A DNA stretch of 60,321 nucleotides from Pseudomonadota bacterium (GCA_039024825.1 JBCCPQ010000001.1:1-60321); one strand, 5' to 3'. Positions 19,062 through 30,603 are shown, counted from the stretch's first letter. The notes: generated from the letters alone by a model not told the origin. Made by a program: numbers and translations.

Positions 19062-21034
19062 ATGACCCAAGCCCTCAGACCTGTTTCGATCGCGATCGGC
19101 GATCTCGTGGCCCATCCCGCCAATGTGCGCGCAAAGTCGCCGGAGAGCTATGCCTCCGAGAACATCGCGCATCTGAAGGCCAGCATCGCCGTGCTCGGCC
19201 TTCTGCAGCCGCTGCTCGTCCAGAAGATCGACGGCAAGTTCGGCGTTCTCGCGGGTGGTCGTCGCCATGCCGCACTTCAGGAGCTCGTCTCCGACAAGTC
19301 CGCAAAGGGTTTCACAAAGAGCACGAAAATCGACTGCCGGCTCGTGCCGGACGATTGCGACGTGACCACAGCCCTGTCGCTGGCCGAGAATATCACTCAG
19401 GCGCCGATGAATGCGATCGACGAGTTCGAGGCCTTCGCCCGGATGATGGCGGTCGATGGTCAGACGCCGGAGACGATCGCGAAGACCTTCGGCACGACCG
19501 TCGCAGCTGCCAAAGGACGCCTGCGCTACGGGCTCATCCATCCCGATATCCGGGATGCTGCACGCGCGAAGTCGATCACGCTGGACACGATGAAGGCCTT
19601 CGCGGACCACCCTAGCCAGGAGATCCAGAAGGAGGTCTTCGAGGCCCTCACGAAAGAAGAAAGCTATCTCCAGGCCTATACCGTCCGGCAGGCGCTTAGA
19701 TCTCGGGGCGTGCAGGTCAGCGACGATATCGGGGCCTTCGTGCGTGAAGACTACGAGGCGCGAGGCGGGTCCGTTGCCGCCGATCTTCTCGAAGAACACT
19801 CAGTCCTCGAAGACGCCGAACTCGTCGAGACGATCCTCCTCGAAAAACTCTCCGCCGCCGCGGAAGAGGCACGGGCAGCCACGGGCTTTGCCTGGGCCGA
19901 GGCCGTCATTCGTTACGATTATGCGGCGATGGCCGACTATGGCCGGGTCTATCCCGGGTCGATTGAGCCAGACGCCAAGGGCCAGAAGCGTCTCGAGACC
20001 ATCACCACCGAGCTCGAAAAACTCGAACGCGAGATGGAGGACGAAAGCCTCGAGGAAGACGCCTACGAGGCGCTCTACGAGAAGGTCGATGAACTGGAAG
20101 CAGAAGCGCGCGATCTTCAGGAGGCCTATAGCGAAGACGACCTTGCGCGATCCGGCGTCATTGCCTCTTGGTCGAACGGGCAGGTGACGTTGCATACGGG
20201 CCTCGTCCGTCCAGAAGACAAGACGGAGAGCCCCGGCAAAGCGTCAGGGTCCGCGACCGGGAAGGGAGATGCGTATAGCGATGAGATCGTCTATCCAGCC
20301 TCACTGACCGAGGACCTCAAGACCGAACGGGCCATGGCCCTCGGCGCGGCGATGGCACAGCATCCGAAGGCCACGCTCGACCTGACACTCTTCAAGCTCG
20401 TCAGCGACGTACTGGGCCACGGCATGAGCATCACCCACGCGATCAAGGTCGATGCCCGGAAGGAGTATCGCACGCATGCGAAGATGGACGAGATCGACGA
20501 GACGTCTCTCGAACAGGTGGCCGATGCCTATGACGCACTGAACCTTTCCTGGAACGACGAGTCGATTTCACCAGCGGAACGCTTCGCGCGGTTTCGCTGG
20601 TGAAATCGACCGAGAAGGCGAAGCTCGTCGCCTATGCGACCGCGACGACGACCCAGTCCTGCTTTGCGCGTAACCCGCAGAGCGACAGCCTGATGCATGT
20701 CTTCGAGATCGAGGTCATGCCCGACCTCCGCGCCCATTGGACGCCGAATGCGGCCCCTTTCAACCGGTTCAAGAAGGCCTGGCTCCTGAAGATCCTCGGC
20801 GAAGAACTCGGGCTCACACAGGAGGCGGTGACCCTGGCTTCCTCGAGCAAGAAAGAGATCGTCGCCTTCTGCGACAAGCTCTTCGCCGAGCCCTTCGCGA
20901 CGCTCACCGACGCACAGCGCGCGGCGGTCGCGGCTTGGTGCCCGCCGATGATGCAGACGGCATGTGCCGAGGGCGAGGAGGACGCTGACCTCGACGTACC
21001 GGAGCAAGAGACCGACGTCGCCGAGGCGGCCTGA
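19062..21034 (+). pseudogene. ParB/RepB/Spo0J-family protein split by a frameshift near 20598
   Basis: GLLQPLLV, AGGRRHAAL, SLAEN in 19062-20603; C-terminal HWTPN...F.RFKKAWL part continues in a shifted frame to 21034. Confidence 0.8.
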
Positions 21035-21104
21035 TCGCACTCGCGACCCGCCCGGCTGGTCCGACGCGGGTCGCACCCTTTCCACCCAAACGACAGGTGA
21101 CCCC

Positions 21105-21698
21105 ATGTCCCTTCTCAGCTTCTCCGCGGCGCGCGTCGCGGCCCAAATCGCGCATGCGCGGTCCTGTTCGACTTTCCTCCCGAACTGGAACGGTCCCGTC
21201 GGCAACCCTGCCCTGATCCTCATCGTCGGCAATGGTGTGCATCTGCGCTCGAACGGCATCGACGGCACAACCACGCGGATCGTCACGACCGCGCGAGCCG
21301 ATCCGTCCTACGTCTTCGCCGAGGGCCTCAATCCCTTCCGCGACCCGGACTGGATGGCGGTACGGCAGGCGGCCTTTCCCGATCTGACCGGTCAGTTCTA
21401 CACCGACATCCTCGACGACGTGCAGATGCTCAACGACCGCGGTCATGCGACCATCCGGCTGGCAACGGACGGGCACACCATCCGCGTCTTCGCGCGCCGC
21501 GCAGCCGACTACCTGATCGGCGGTGCCTACAACGTCCCTTCCGGGCTCGGCGGGACGTTCCGTGTGATCCTCAAGGACGCCGGTGACACCCAGGCGCTGG
21601 TGCAGAACTCCGGCAATTGCGAGGATTTCGACGAGATGCTGCCCTATAGGGTGCCGCTCGATGCCCTGATCGAGATCGATGACCGGAGGGCGGCTTGA
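21105..21698 (+). CDS. Conserved plasmid backbone protein
   Basis: AGGTGA RBS, coding-like 197-aa ORF within the backbone gene run. Confidence 0.7.
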   Translation: MSLLSFSAARVAAQIAHARSCSTFLPNWNGPVGNPALILIVGNGVHLRSNGIDGTTTRIVTTARADPSYVFAEGLNPFRDPDWMAVRQAAFPDLTGQFYTDILDDVQMLNDRGHATIRLATDGHTIRVFARRAADYLIGGAYNVPSGLGGTFRVILKDAGDTQALVQNSGNCEDFDEMLPYRVPLDALIEIDDRRAA

Positions 21699-21894
21699 GC
21701 GCTTTGACTAAACTTGAATCGGTTGTTCGCTGCCTCTCGCTACGCTCGAACGCGAAAACCGATCTTTAGGCTTTCATTTGAAAGTCGAAACGCTCGAGGC
21801 CCTTTCTCAAATTCGCATCGCCACTACCCTGCCGCGCTACGCGCTCTCGGGACATTGGCGACCAGTAAATTCTCTTGAGAGAAAGGACTCTGAA

Positions 21895-22551
21895 ATGGGT
21901 TGGCTCTTCTACACCGATCGCCGCGTGAGAACTTATGCCGACGAAAAGGCCGAGATCGAGCGGCTCTGCACCTTCGAGACCGACACCCGCAAGACCGTCC
22001 TGATCAAGGCCTCGAAAGTCGGCTCCACTTGGTATGCTGCCGCGAAGGTCACGATGCGCGACGGAACGCCCGTCGAGGATGCGACCTATATGACCGATGC
22101 CGATGGCTCGATCACCTTCGGAGCGGTATTTCTCACCCGCTACGATGATGGCTGCTGGGGCTACAAAGACATGGAGGAGAGCGCCGGTCCCGTTGAGTCG
22201 CGCGCGCCGCTCAGCCTTCTGGACCTGCTGTCTGATCTGAAAGTTCCCGACAGCGATGCCCATGCCTGACGCCAGCGCTGCCGCGACTGGGCCGCGATCC
22301 CGGACTATGCGGAAGGCGACAGGATCCGCCTCGCCACACCCGTGACGCTCACCGACGGCAGCACCTGCCAGATCGTCACGGCCACGCACTACCGACGCGG
22401 ACGGCAGAAGCGCCGCTGCTACCGCATCGAAGAAACCGGCGGTCTCGTACGGCTGTCGAAAGCTTCGCTTGCCGGATCCGAACTGGTCGGCTCCGCCAAG
22501 AGCGACGCGAGCCCGGTGCTGGCCGAGTTCTTCAAAGGGCGCGGGGCGTGA
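21895..22551 (+). pseudogene. DUF6927-like plasmid protein with internal TGA
   Basis: MGWLFY...WGYKDMEESAGP...; TGA at 22267-22269 in A*RQRC context (likely TGG), frame open to 22551. Confidence 0.75.
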
Positions 22552-22666
22552 TCGCTCCCGCGTCCTGACTTCCGTCGCCTGAACCCGCGAGCCCGTTCCG
22601 CGTCCGAAAGCGCAGAGCGGGCTTTTTGGTCTGTCGAACCTGGAACCTCATGAAAGGACGGACCAG

Positions 22667-25600
22667 ATGGCCAACGGACGCGTCGACGTTACACCCTCAA
22701 CTCCACCAGAACCCATGCTGAGAGCTGTTCTCGTCAAGATTGCCGACGAATTCGCGGAGCGGCCCCTTCGATCGTCGTCACTCGCGCGGATCATGCGAGA
22801 GGCCTTCGGCGGGAGCGACGCGAGCGGCGCGTGGTCCTGGCGCATGGCCTATGACCTGATGCAGGCCGCCGCGGTGACGCGGATTCTGTCGACCGACAGC
22901 CCGGATGTCCTGTCGGAGGCCCAGATGATCGCGGCGCGGCTTCTGACCGAAACACGGCGATCCGAACAGCAAATCCGGCTTCAGCAATTCTCCACACCGC
23001 TGCCCTATGCAGCCCTCGTTTCGCGCGCGGCGGCGATCCGCAAAGGCGACACGGTCCTTGAGCCCTCCGCGGGCACCGGCGCGCTGGCGGCTTTCGCCGC
23101 ACACGCAGGCGGGAAAATCCTCCTCAACGAGATCGATCCCTTCCGCCGCCGGCTTCTCCAGACTGTCTTCTCGTCGCAGGTGACCGGTCACGATGCGGAG
23201 CATATCGACGACCTGCTGGCGACGTCCGACACGCCGAGTGTCGTCGTGATGAATCCACCCTTCGCCTCTTCGGTTGATCGATCCCGGGACCGGTATATCG
23301 CTGCCAAGCACCTCATCTCGGCCCTGAAGCGCCTAGCGCCGGGCGGCCGTCTCGTTGCGATCCTGCCCACAGGCTTCACGCTGGAGCGGGATGGGGCGCA
23401 TTGGGCACGGGCCTCGGCCGTCGCAAAACCGCGCTTCGCGCTTACGATCCCGGGCGCGGTGTATGCCAAGCTCGGCACCAGTGTAGAAACCCAGCTCATG
23501 GTCTTCGACAAGGTGGAGGCGGAGGTTGAACTTGTTCGGACACCGGTCGACAGCCTCGATGCAGCCCTCAATATCGTCGACGAGGTGGCCGCCACACGGC
23601 CCGAAGCGCGCCCGCTGGGACAGGCGGCACGGCCGCAGGTTCGGTCCCCAAGTGCGACGGCGGAGCGTCGGCGCTCACCTCCCTCCGCAGCCGCCGGGTC
23701 AGCCGCGCCGACGTCCCATTCCGCGATCCCCCTCACCTTCACGGGCCTTGCAACTCCGCGCGAGAACGCGCCCGTGTCCGACATCTATGCGCGCTACCGT
23801 CCTCAGCGGATCGAGATCGCCGGCGCGCGGGAGCATCCGACGCCACTCGTCGAAAGCATCGCCATGGCCTCGGTGGCCCCGCCGCTTCCGTCGACCGAGG
23901 CGGCCGCCGATCTGCGTCTTCCCGCCCGCCTGATCGCGGAAGGACACCTTTCGGAAGCGCAGCTCGAAACGATCCTCATGGCGAACGATGCCCATGGGCG
24001 TGACCTGCCAGGCCGGTTCACGATCGATGAGGATCAGACGAAACTGACACGCGCCGATGACGATCCCGAGGCACGTGCCTACCGCCTCGGGTATTTTCTC
24101 GGCGACGGGACAGGTTGCGGCAAGGGCCGCGAATGCGCCGGGCCGATCCTGGTCAACTGGCTCGCGGGCCGCCGCAAGGCCGTCTGGATCTCGAAATCCG
24201 CCACGCTGATCGAGGACGCGGTCCGCGACTGGACCGATCTCGGCGGCTCGCCCGCCGACATCCAGCCCCTCTCGAAATGGAAGCCGGATCAACCGATCCC
24301 GATGGGCGATGGCATTCTGTTTGTCACCTATGCGACGCTGCGCTCCGCTGGCAAATTGGGCACGACTCGATTGAGCCAGATCCTCGACTGGATGGGCGAC
24401 GATTTCGAGGGCGTGCTCGCCTTCGACGAAGCCCATGCCATGCAGAACGCCGCCGGATCCGACGCTGGGCGCGGCGCCAAACCCTCGCAGCAGGGCCTTG
24501 CCGGTTTGCGGCTCCAGCTTGCCGTGCCCCGTGCGCGTGTTTTCTACATCTCGGCGACGGGCGCCACGAATGTGGCGAACCTCGCCTACGCCTCCCGCCT
24601 GGGGCTCTGGGGTCCGGGTCCGGAATACGCGTTCCCGAGCCGGGAGGGTTTCGTCTCGGCGATGGAGGCCGGCGGTGTGGCGGCCATGGAGGTCGTGGCG
24701 CGCGATCTGAAGTCCCTCGGCTTCTACACCGCGCGGGCGCTCAGCTTCGACGGTGTCGAGTACGACGTCCTCGAACACGCGCTCACGCCTGCCCAGATTG
24801 AGATATACGACGCCTATGCCGGGGCGTTCCGGACGATCCATCACAATCTCGAGGCGGCGCTGACCGCGACCGGCGTCAATGATGCCTCTGGCGAGACGAA
24901 TGCCTCGGCCGCCAAAGCCTCGGCGAAGTCGCGGTTCGAAAGCACCAAGCAGCGTTTCTTCAACCATCTTCTCATGGGCATGAAGGCACGAACCGCTATA
25001 CGCGCCATGAAGGAGGATGTCGCCGACGGCTTTGCCTGCGTCGTCCAGGTGGTCTCCACCGGCGAAAACCTCCTGAAACGGCGTCTCGAGGCGATGGAGC
25101 CCGAGGACGAGTTGGTCGAAGGGGCGCTGACGCCCCGGGATTACGTGCTCGCCTATCTCGAACAGGCCTTCCCGATCCATGCCCAGAAGCTGGTCGAGAT
25201 CGACGGCAATACCGTGGCCGAACCGCTTCGCGATGCCGACGGCGCACTGGTCGTCTCGCGCGAGGCACTGGCGCTGCGCGACGCGGCGATGATGGAGCTG
25301 ATGTCCCTCGCACCGATCCCCTCCGCGCTCGACCAGATCCTCTGGGCCTTCGGGGACGAGGCCGTGGCCGAAGTGACGGGACGCTCTATCCGTCCGCTGA
25401 AATCCGGCGACGGCGCGCTCTTCATCGAGAAACGGTCGGCCAGCAGCAATCCCTCGGAAACCCGCGCCTTCATGGACGACGAGAAAGACATCCTCATCTT
25501 TTCTGATGCCGGCGGGACGGGGCGATCCTATCACGCCGCCGAAACCGCGAAGAACCAGAAGCGGCGGCGCCACTACCTCCTCGAGCCAGGTTGGCGGGCT

Positions 25601-26923
25601 GACGCGGCGATCCAGGGGCTCGGCCGCACGCACCGCTCAGCGCAGGTGTCGGCCCCGTTCTTCCGGGTATGCACCTCAGACGTCCACGGCGAGAAGCGCT
25701 TCACCTCGACGATCGCCCGGCGGCTCGACCAGCTGGGGGCGCTCACCAAGGGGCAGCGCGAGACCGGCTCGCAGGGTATGTTCCGCTCGGAGGACAATCT
25801 CGAAAGCCCGATCGCCCGGGCTGCGCTCCGGGGCTATTATGCCGATCTTGCCGCCGGACGGGCGGAGGCCATGACTTACGAGGCCTTTGCGGACTGGACC
25901 GCGCTCCGATTAATCGACCAGGACGGCGCGCTCCTCGAGGAGCTGCCGCCGATCCAGCGCTTCCTGAACCGCGTTCTGGCGCTGCCGATTCACATGCAGA
26001 ACGCGCTTTTCGCCGAATTCATGGCCCGGATCGCCGATCAGACCGAACGCGCCCGCGCCGCCGGTACCCTCGATCTCGGGGTCGAGACGTTGCGCGGCGC
26101 CCGGATCGAGCAGGTCTCGACTGAGGATCTCTGGACCTGCCCGCGCTCGGGGGCGGTGACGCGGATCATCGGGCTCGAGGTGACGGATCCCGTTCATGTA
26201 CTTTCCGCCGCCGACGCCCTCGCCCGCAATCCGGATAAACGGCCTATGATCAACCGCGCCTCGGGACGCGCGGCCCTGATCTCGGCCCGCCCGATGCAGA
26301 CGTATGACGAGGAGATCGTCACGCTCATGCGCAAAGTGACGCGGCTGACCGGGTCGAGCTACGTCGAAGAAGGGAAATTCGAGGCCTCCGCCTGGGAGCG
26401 GATCGACCGGGAGGAATTCGCGCGGCTCTGGGACGTGGAGGCCGACAGCCTCCCGAAAACCATAGCGACCAAGCTTTATCTGCTGACCGGACTCCTCCTA
26501 CCGATCTGGAAGGACATCCCCTCGGGCAACGAACGCATCTTCCGCGTCACGCCCGAAGGGCAGGGGAGTATGATCGGCCGGACCGTCAGCGAGGAGGGCG
26601 CCGCAGCCCTTAGGTCCCGCTTCATGACCGGCACGCCGAAGACGCCCGACGAAATGCTCACCGCCGCGCTTGGCTCGACCGCACTGGTCGATCTTGGAAG
26701 CGGGCTGACGCTCTTCCGTCGGCGCGTGGCCGGGGCCGTGCGCCTCGAGATCGATGGCGCGGATCGTGCGGCCATCTATGGGCTGAAGGCCCTCGGCTGC
26801 TTTACGGAGATCATTGCCTTCCAGCTTCGGGTGTTCGTGCCGCACGGAGACGGTGTCGAGACCGCCGCGATCCTTGACCGGATCATCGGCGGTCAAGGCG
26901 GCGAAAAGAGAGACGCGGCCTGA
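22667..26923 (+). CDS. Strawberry-notch family methyltransferase/helicase
   Basis: QFSTP, VLEPSAGTG, MNPPF (MTase); GDGTGCGKG, FDEAH, SATGA, QGLGRTHR (SNO helicase). Confidence 0.93.
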   Translation: MANGRVDVTPSTPPEPMLRAVLVKIADEFAERPLRSSSLARIMREAFGGSDASGAWSWRMAYDLMQAAAVTRILSTDSPDVLSEAQMIAARLLTETRRSEQQIRLQQFSTPLPYAALVSRAAAIRKGDTVLEPSAGTGALAAFAAHAGGKILLNEIDPFRRRLLQTVFSSQVTGHDAEHIDDLLATSDTPSVVVMNPPFASSVDRSRDRYIAAKHLISALKRLAPGGRLVAILPTGFTLERDGAHWARASAVAKPRFALTIPGAVYAKLGTSVETQLMVFDKVEAEVELVRTPVDSLDAALNIVDEVAATRPEARPLGQAARPQVRSPSATAERRRSPPSAAAGSAAPTSHSAIPLTFTGLATPRENAPVSDIYARYRPQRIEIAGAREHPTPLVESIAMASVAPPLPSTEAAADLRLPARLIAEGHLSEAQLETILMANDAHGRDLPGRFTIDEDQTKLTRADDDPEARAYRLGYFLGDGTGCGKGRECAGPILVNWLAGRRKAVWISKSATLIEDAVRDWTDLGGSPADIQPLSKWKPDQPIPMGDGILFVTYATLRSAGKLGTTRLSQILDWMGDDFEGVLAFDEAHAMQNAAGSDAGRGAKPSQQGLAGLRLQLAVPRARVFYISATGATNVANLAYASRLGLWGPGPEYAFPSREGFVSAMEAGGVAAMEVVARDLKSLGFYTARALSFDGVEYDVLEHALTPAQIEIYDAYAGAFRTIHHNLEAALTATGVNDASGETNASAAKASAKSRFESTKQRFFNHLLMGMKARTAIRAMKEDVADGFACVVQVVSTGENLLKRRLEAMEPEDELVEGALTPRDYVLAYLEQAFPIHAQKLVEIDGNTVAEPLRDADGALVVSREALALRDAAMMELMSLAPIPSALDQILWAFGDEAVAEVTGRSIRPLKSGDGALFIEKRSASSNPSETRAFMDDEKDILIFSDAGGTGRSYHAAETAKNQKRRRHYLLEPGWRADAAIQGLGRTHRSAQVSAPFFRVCTSDVHGEKRFTSTIARRLDQLGALTKGQRETGSQGMFRSEDNLESPIARAALRGYYADLAAGRAEAMTYEAFADWTALRLIDQDGALLEELPPIQRFLNRVLALPIHMQNALFAEFMARIADQTERARAAGTLDLGVETLRGARIEQVSTEDLWTCPRSGAVTRIIGLEVTDPVHVLSAADALARNPDKRPMINRASGRAALISARPMQTYDEEIVTLMRKVTRLTGSSYVEEGKFEASAWERIDREEFARLWDVEADSLPKTIATKLYLLTGLLLPIWKDIPSGNERIFRVTPEGQGSMIGRTVSEEGAAALRSRFMTGTPKTPDEMLTAALGSTALVDLGSGLTLFRRRVAGAVRLEIDGADRAAIYGLKALGCFTEIIAFQLRVFVPHGDGVETAAILDRIIGGQGGEKRDAA

Positions 26924-27024
26924 GGCCGCTTCTTCTTCGGTCCAAAGCAGATGCCCGGCGCCGCGCCGACCGGAGAGCCTGGTCGCGTGCCGCCCATTTC
27001 CACCCAATATGACGGGAGGTTCCC

Positions 27025-27413
27025 ATGACGATCGAAGAGATCAAAGCCGCCGTGGACGCAAGTCTTTGCGTACATTGGGCCAATGAGGGGTACGTCGTGC
27101 AGAAAGACGATCTTGGCCAGTACCTGATCACGTTCCAGCACAATGGAAACAGCATCGGTCTGACGGACCGCTCTGGCACCCGGTTGAACGGGGCGGAGGC
27201 GCAGTTCTTCGTCTCCCGTCCGGATCTCGGGGAGACGATCCATTGCAGCGCGTGCGGCAGCGAGGACGTCCTGCGCGATTGATGGGCCCGGTGGGACCCG
27301 AGCTTCTGATCTGAGAGGTTTCGGACCTGCAGGACCATGCCTGGTGCAACAGCTGTGACAGCGAAGCCAAGCTCGTCACCCGGCCGATCCGGGAGTTCGG
27401 CGGCGGGGCCTAA
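27025..27413 (+). pseudogene. Hypothetical protein with disrupted C-terminal zinc ribbon
   Basis: ORF stops at 27282 just after CSAC; second knuckle (HAWCNSC) lies in a shifted frame ending TAA 27413. Confidence 0.55.
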
Positions 27414-27576
27414 CCGCACCGAACGCGCTGACCTTCGAGTGTTCGTGCGAGCACAGGGCCGACGGAGTGGAAAGGCGAAAGCAGGCTTTCGAATTGTGTG
27501 ATCCCATCAGGGATCGAAACGTAACCCGCCGGTCAGAGGGCAGACGCCCGGGCCGACAATCTCAAGGAGAAATCTC

Positions 27577-28305
27577 ATGTTCGCAGGAACCCTGACCAAG
27601 TCGCCAGAGACCGCCGCCGCCATATATTCCGGCATGATCCATTCCAGCCGGTTCGACATTGCGATCCAGCTCGAAACGCGGCCCAAAATGTCCGAGCGCA
27701 GCCCGGACTTCGACGTGACCGCCGTCAACAAGTCGGGCCGCAAAGTGCGTATCGGCACGGCTTGGAACGAGACGGGTAATACCAGCGGCAATCCCTACCT
27801 GTCCATGCAACTCGATGTCGGCCTCGGGCCCTTCCGGGTCAACGCGGTGCAGACGAAGGAGGCCCGCGAGGCGGGAACCGGTCAGTTCGAGATCATTCCG
27901 CTCGTCTCGAACGGCACGATGAAGTCGGGCTCGATCTCCGGCGAGCTCACGGCGATGGACGCCGACAACGCCTTCGCCGGCTACATCGCCAACATGATGT
28001 TCGACCTCGACTTCATGCTGATCGAGAACGCGTACAAGTCGGAGCAAACCCATCCCGACTACCGGATCGAAGTCAGCTCGCCTAAGGGTCACCCGATCCG
28101 CGTCGGCTCGGCCTGGATGGCCAAGAGCGCCCGCACCGGGAACGAGTATGTCTCGCTCCTCATCAACACGCCCGACGGTGATCTGCGCGTGAACGCCGTG
28201 CAGAACGAGGAGCAGCGTGGCGGTCAGACCTTCTCGATCATTCCGTTCGTCGACAACGGGGAGCGGGAGCAGGGCGAGAGTGCCGGCCTGTCGCTGGTCG
28301 CCTAA
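27577..28305 (+). CDS. DUF736 protein (tandem duplicated domain)
   Basis: SPDFDV...IGTAW...YLSMQLD and HPDYRI...VGSAW...YVSLLI halves. Confidence 0.88.
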   Translation: MFAGTLTKSPETAAAIYSGMIHSSRFDIAIQLETRPKMSERSPDFDVTAVNKSGRKVRIGTAWNETGNTSGNPYLSMQLDVGLGPFRVNAVQTKEAREAGTGQFEIIPLVSNGTMKSGSISGELTAMDADNAFAGYIANMMFDLDFMLIENAYKSEQTHPDYRIEVSSPKGHPIRVGSAWMAKSARTGNEYVSLLINTPDGDLRVNAVQNEEQRGGQTFSIIPFVDNGEREQGESAGLSLVA

Positions 28306-28431
28306 CTCAAGGACGCTGTTTCATAGACCATCGAGCAGATGGATCGGTCGCAGTACCGATCACTTCGGGGAGCCGCGGAAACGTGGCTCCCTTTTGCGTT
28401 CGATTTGTTCGTTTAAGCTCTCCATCAAAGG

Positions 28432-28764
28432 CTACTCTGAGAACTGCTTTCTGACCGATGCAAGCTTGACCCAATCCCGCCCGCCGAACGCCACGAGGGC
28501 GAGGTCGATGACGCCCGCAGCGACATCTGGTTTGAACACGATGGTCAGTCGGCGCCCCGAGCCACCATGCCGCACGAGCCAGCCATCGAGACTGCCTTTG
28601 AGACGCACTCCCGAGATCGGGTTTTTGGCGATGGTCGAGATCATTGCGTCGATTTCATCCAGTCCCTTCGCGGCGGCCGCTGTGTTGCTATCGGTGACGT
28701 CAACGATGTGATCGACGATGCCGATGAGATCCCGCTCAAAGAACGGGTGCCGGACAAGGCGCAT
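28432..28764 (-). CDS. Type II TA toxin, RelE/ParE family
   Basis: MRLVRHPFFERDLIGIVDHI...FGGRDW; TGATG overlap with the upstream antitoxin. Confidence 0.75.
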   Translation of the reverse strand: MRLVRHPFFERDLIGIVDHIVDVTDSNTAAAAKGLDEIDAMISTIAKNPISGVRLKGSLDGWLVRHGGSGRRLTIVFKPDVAAGVIDLALVAFGGRDWVKLASVRKQFSE

Positions 28765-29039
28765 CAGGACTTGCGCTTGATCTTGGCAAGATGGTCTCGC
28801 GCACCCGCTGTCACTTTCGAAGCTTCCCCCACCGGCTCCCATTGGTCCAGCGGCAGCGACATCCGCCGCTTCAGCTCCGTTTCGAATAGGGCGGTCTCCC
28901 GTTCCCGTTCGGCCTTGGCCTTGGCGAGCTCGCCAGACACAGCGGCGCTTATATTGGGGTATTCGCCGGCTTCCACCAGCTCCTTGGCAAAGGTGTAGGC
29001 CGCATCGGTGAAGCTGACAGTCTGCTTTTGGACACTCAT
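28764..29039 (-). CDS. Type II TA antitoxin, ParD-like RHH
   Basis: KQTVSFT...ELVEAGEYPNISAAV motif. Confidence 0.78.
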   Translation of the reverse strand: MSVQKQTVSFTDAAYTFAKELVEAGEYPNISAAVSGELAKAKAERERETALFETELKRRMSLPLDQWEPVGEASKVTAGARDHLAKIKRKS

Positions 29040-29669
29040 AGCGGATCCCTCGGCATTCCAATAGACTACCATCGAACTGGGTCCGCGACAATGGAAATAC
29101 AACGTCGTTCGATGCCCGCGTCCCTTAGCCTGACGGCCTCCCCAGCTCGGCTTCGCGTGTCGCAAAGGAGAACAGGCCCTTGGCCTGTCGCGCATTCGGC
29201 CTTTCGGCCTCACCGCGGCGTTGCATCCGGCATCCCGGCTTGCCCGGCTCGCGAGCGCGGCGCTCCCCGGCCGCTCCGCCGGATTGCGCTTCGGTCAGTT
29301 TTGGCCAAGAGCCAAAACGTTCCCTCCGCTTCATCCGCCTCCCGCGCCCGGTCGCGCCGCTTGCCTGCTCGCGTCGGGCAAACCTACCCACACACCACAC
29401 ACATGAGCGCGGAAGCATATCCTCCGGATGGCCCCCAAATCAGCCCACCTCAAGGATCGCAAAACTTTTCGGCAGGGGTTAGCGCGTATGTGGAGCGTCT
29501 TGCAGTGCGGTAGGTCGCGCCTGTTGCCACCCACGCCGCTTTGAAAACTTTTGCGCCCGGCAGGCCGGCGGCTGCGCCGTCCCTGACCCGGGCAGATCCG
29601 GAACCCAGACGTACGGCCATGCCACCACACTCCCGTGGTGGTCGATCAACCGACATCTGGAGAAAAGAC

Positions 29670-30599
29670 ATGGCCTACGACCAAGCGAACACCTACGAGA
29701 CCATTGAACTCTTCGGGCTGACCGAAAAGGATGCCCACCTTCCAATCCCCAACGATCAAGCGCTGACCGACAGCATCATCCGCGAAACTTTCGAGACGCT
29801 GCTCGGCCAGTTGCGGAATACTGGGCTCGAGACCGAGATCGAACCACTGGCCCACGGGCTCGCGACGATCTTGCAGCGCCGGAAGATCGCTCTCGGCAAA
29901 GAGCTCGACCGGACCGCCGACAAGATCGGCGCCCTGGCGAAAAGCCATGACGGATCGGAGATTGCCGAGACCGCGCTAGAAGAGGCGCAGGGCCGTTTTC
30001 TGCACCTCCGCGAGATCGTTTGCGCAATTGAGACTATGAGCGAGGCAGCCGCTGAATGCTACGAGGTCGAGACGGGACATGCCTTCATCCCGGCGGCAGG
30101 ATCGCGGGCAAGCACGAAAGCTCAGGAGACCGGCGCGGTCTTCGAGGCAAAGCAGCTCCTCGAGCAGCACGACCGGGAGACGGCGGCGAAGTCGAAAGTC
30201 CACGGCGTGCCCCTGATCGTCTCGGGTGCCACCGACTGGACCGATATCGACGTCATCTTCTCGACGCTCGACAAGGTCCGGGACCGGATCAAACAGAACC
30301 GCAACCAGGAAATCTTTCTCTGCCACAAGGGAGGGAAGCACGGAGCGGAGATGATCGCCGCTCGGTGGGCGCGAGCCCGGGGTATTCCGCAAGCACGGTT
30401 CGACCCGCGCTGGTCGGCGCACGGGCGGGCGGCACCGTTCAAATGCAATGAAGAGATGCTCGACGACAAGTTCGCGGCGACCGGGGTCGTTCTCTTCGGG
30501 GGCAACGGCGTGGCGCTGAACCTCGGGCAGAAGGCCGATGCAAAGGGGCTGACGGTCATGCGGGTTGCGGACCCGGCGAAGAAGTCAGTGGATAGCTGA
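29670..30599 (+). CDS. DUF2493 (SLOG-family) protein
   Basis: GGAGA RBS; LIVSG, GAEMIAARWA, HGRAAPFKCN, LFGGNG. Confidence 0.85.
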   Translation: MAYDQANTYETIELFGLTEKDAHLPIPNDQALTDSIIRETFETLLGQLRNTGLETEIEPLAHGLATILQRRKIALGKELDRTADKIGALAKSHDGSEIAETALEEAQGRFLHLREIVCAIETMSEAAAECYEVETGHAFIPAAGSRASTKAQETGAVFEAKQLLEQHDRETAAKSKVHGVPLIVSGATDWTDIDVIFSTLDKVRDRIKQNRNQEIFLCHKGGKHGAEMIAARWARARGIPQARFDPRWSAHGRAAPFKCNEEMLDDKFAATGVVLFGGNGVALNLGQKADAKGLTVMRVADPAKKSVDS

Positions 30600-30603
30600 G
30601 ATG

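Noticed and set aside
20590-20610. Programmed frameshift in the parB-like gene
   Set aside because: No slippery heptamer; a simple indel or sequencing error is more likely
23699-25633. 644-aa antisense ORF (also 48975-50390, 57103-58491 and similar)
   Set aside because: Shadow ORFs of GC-rich genes with no recognisable motifs
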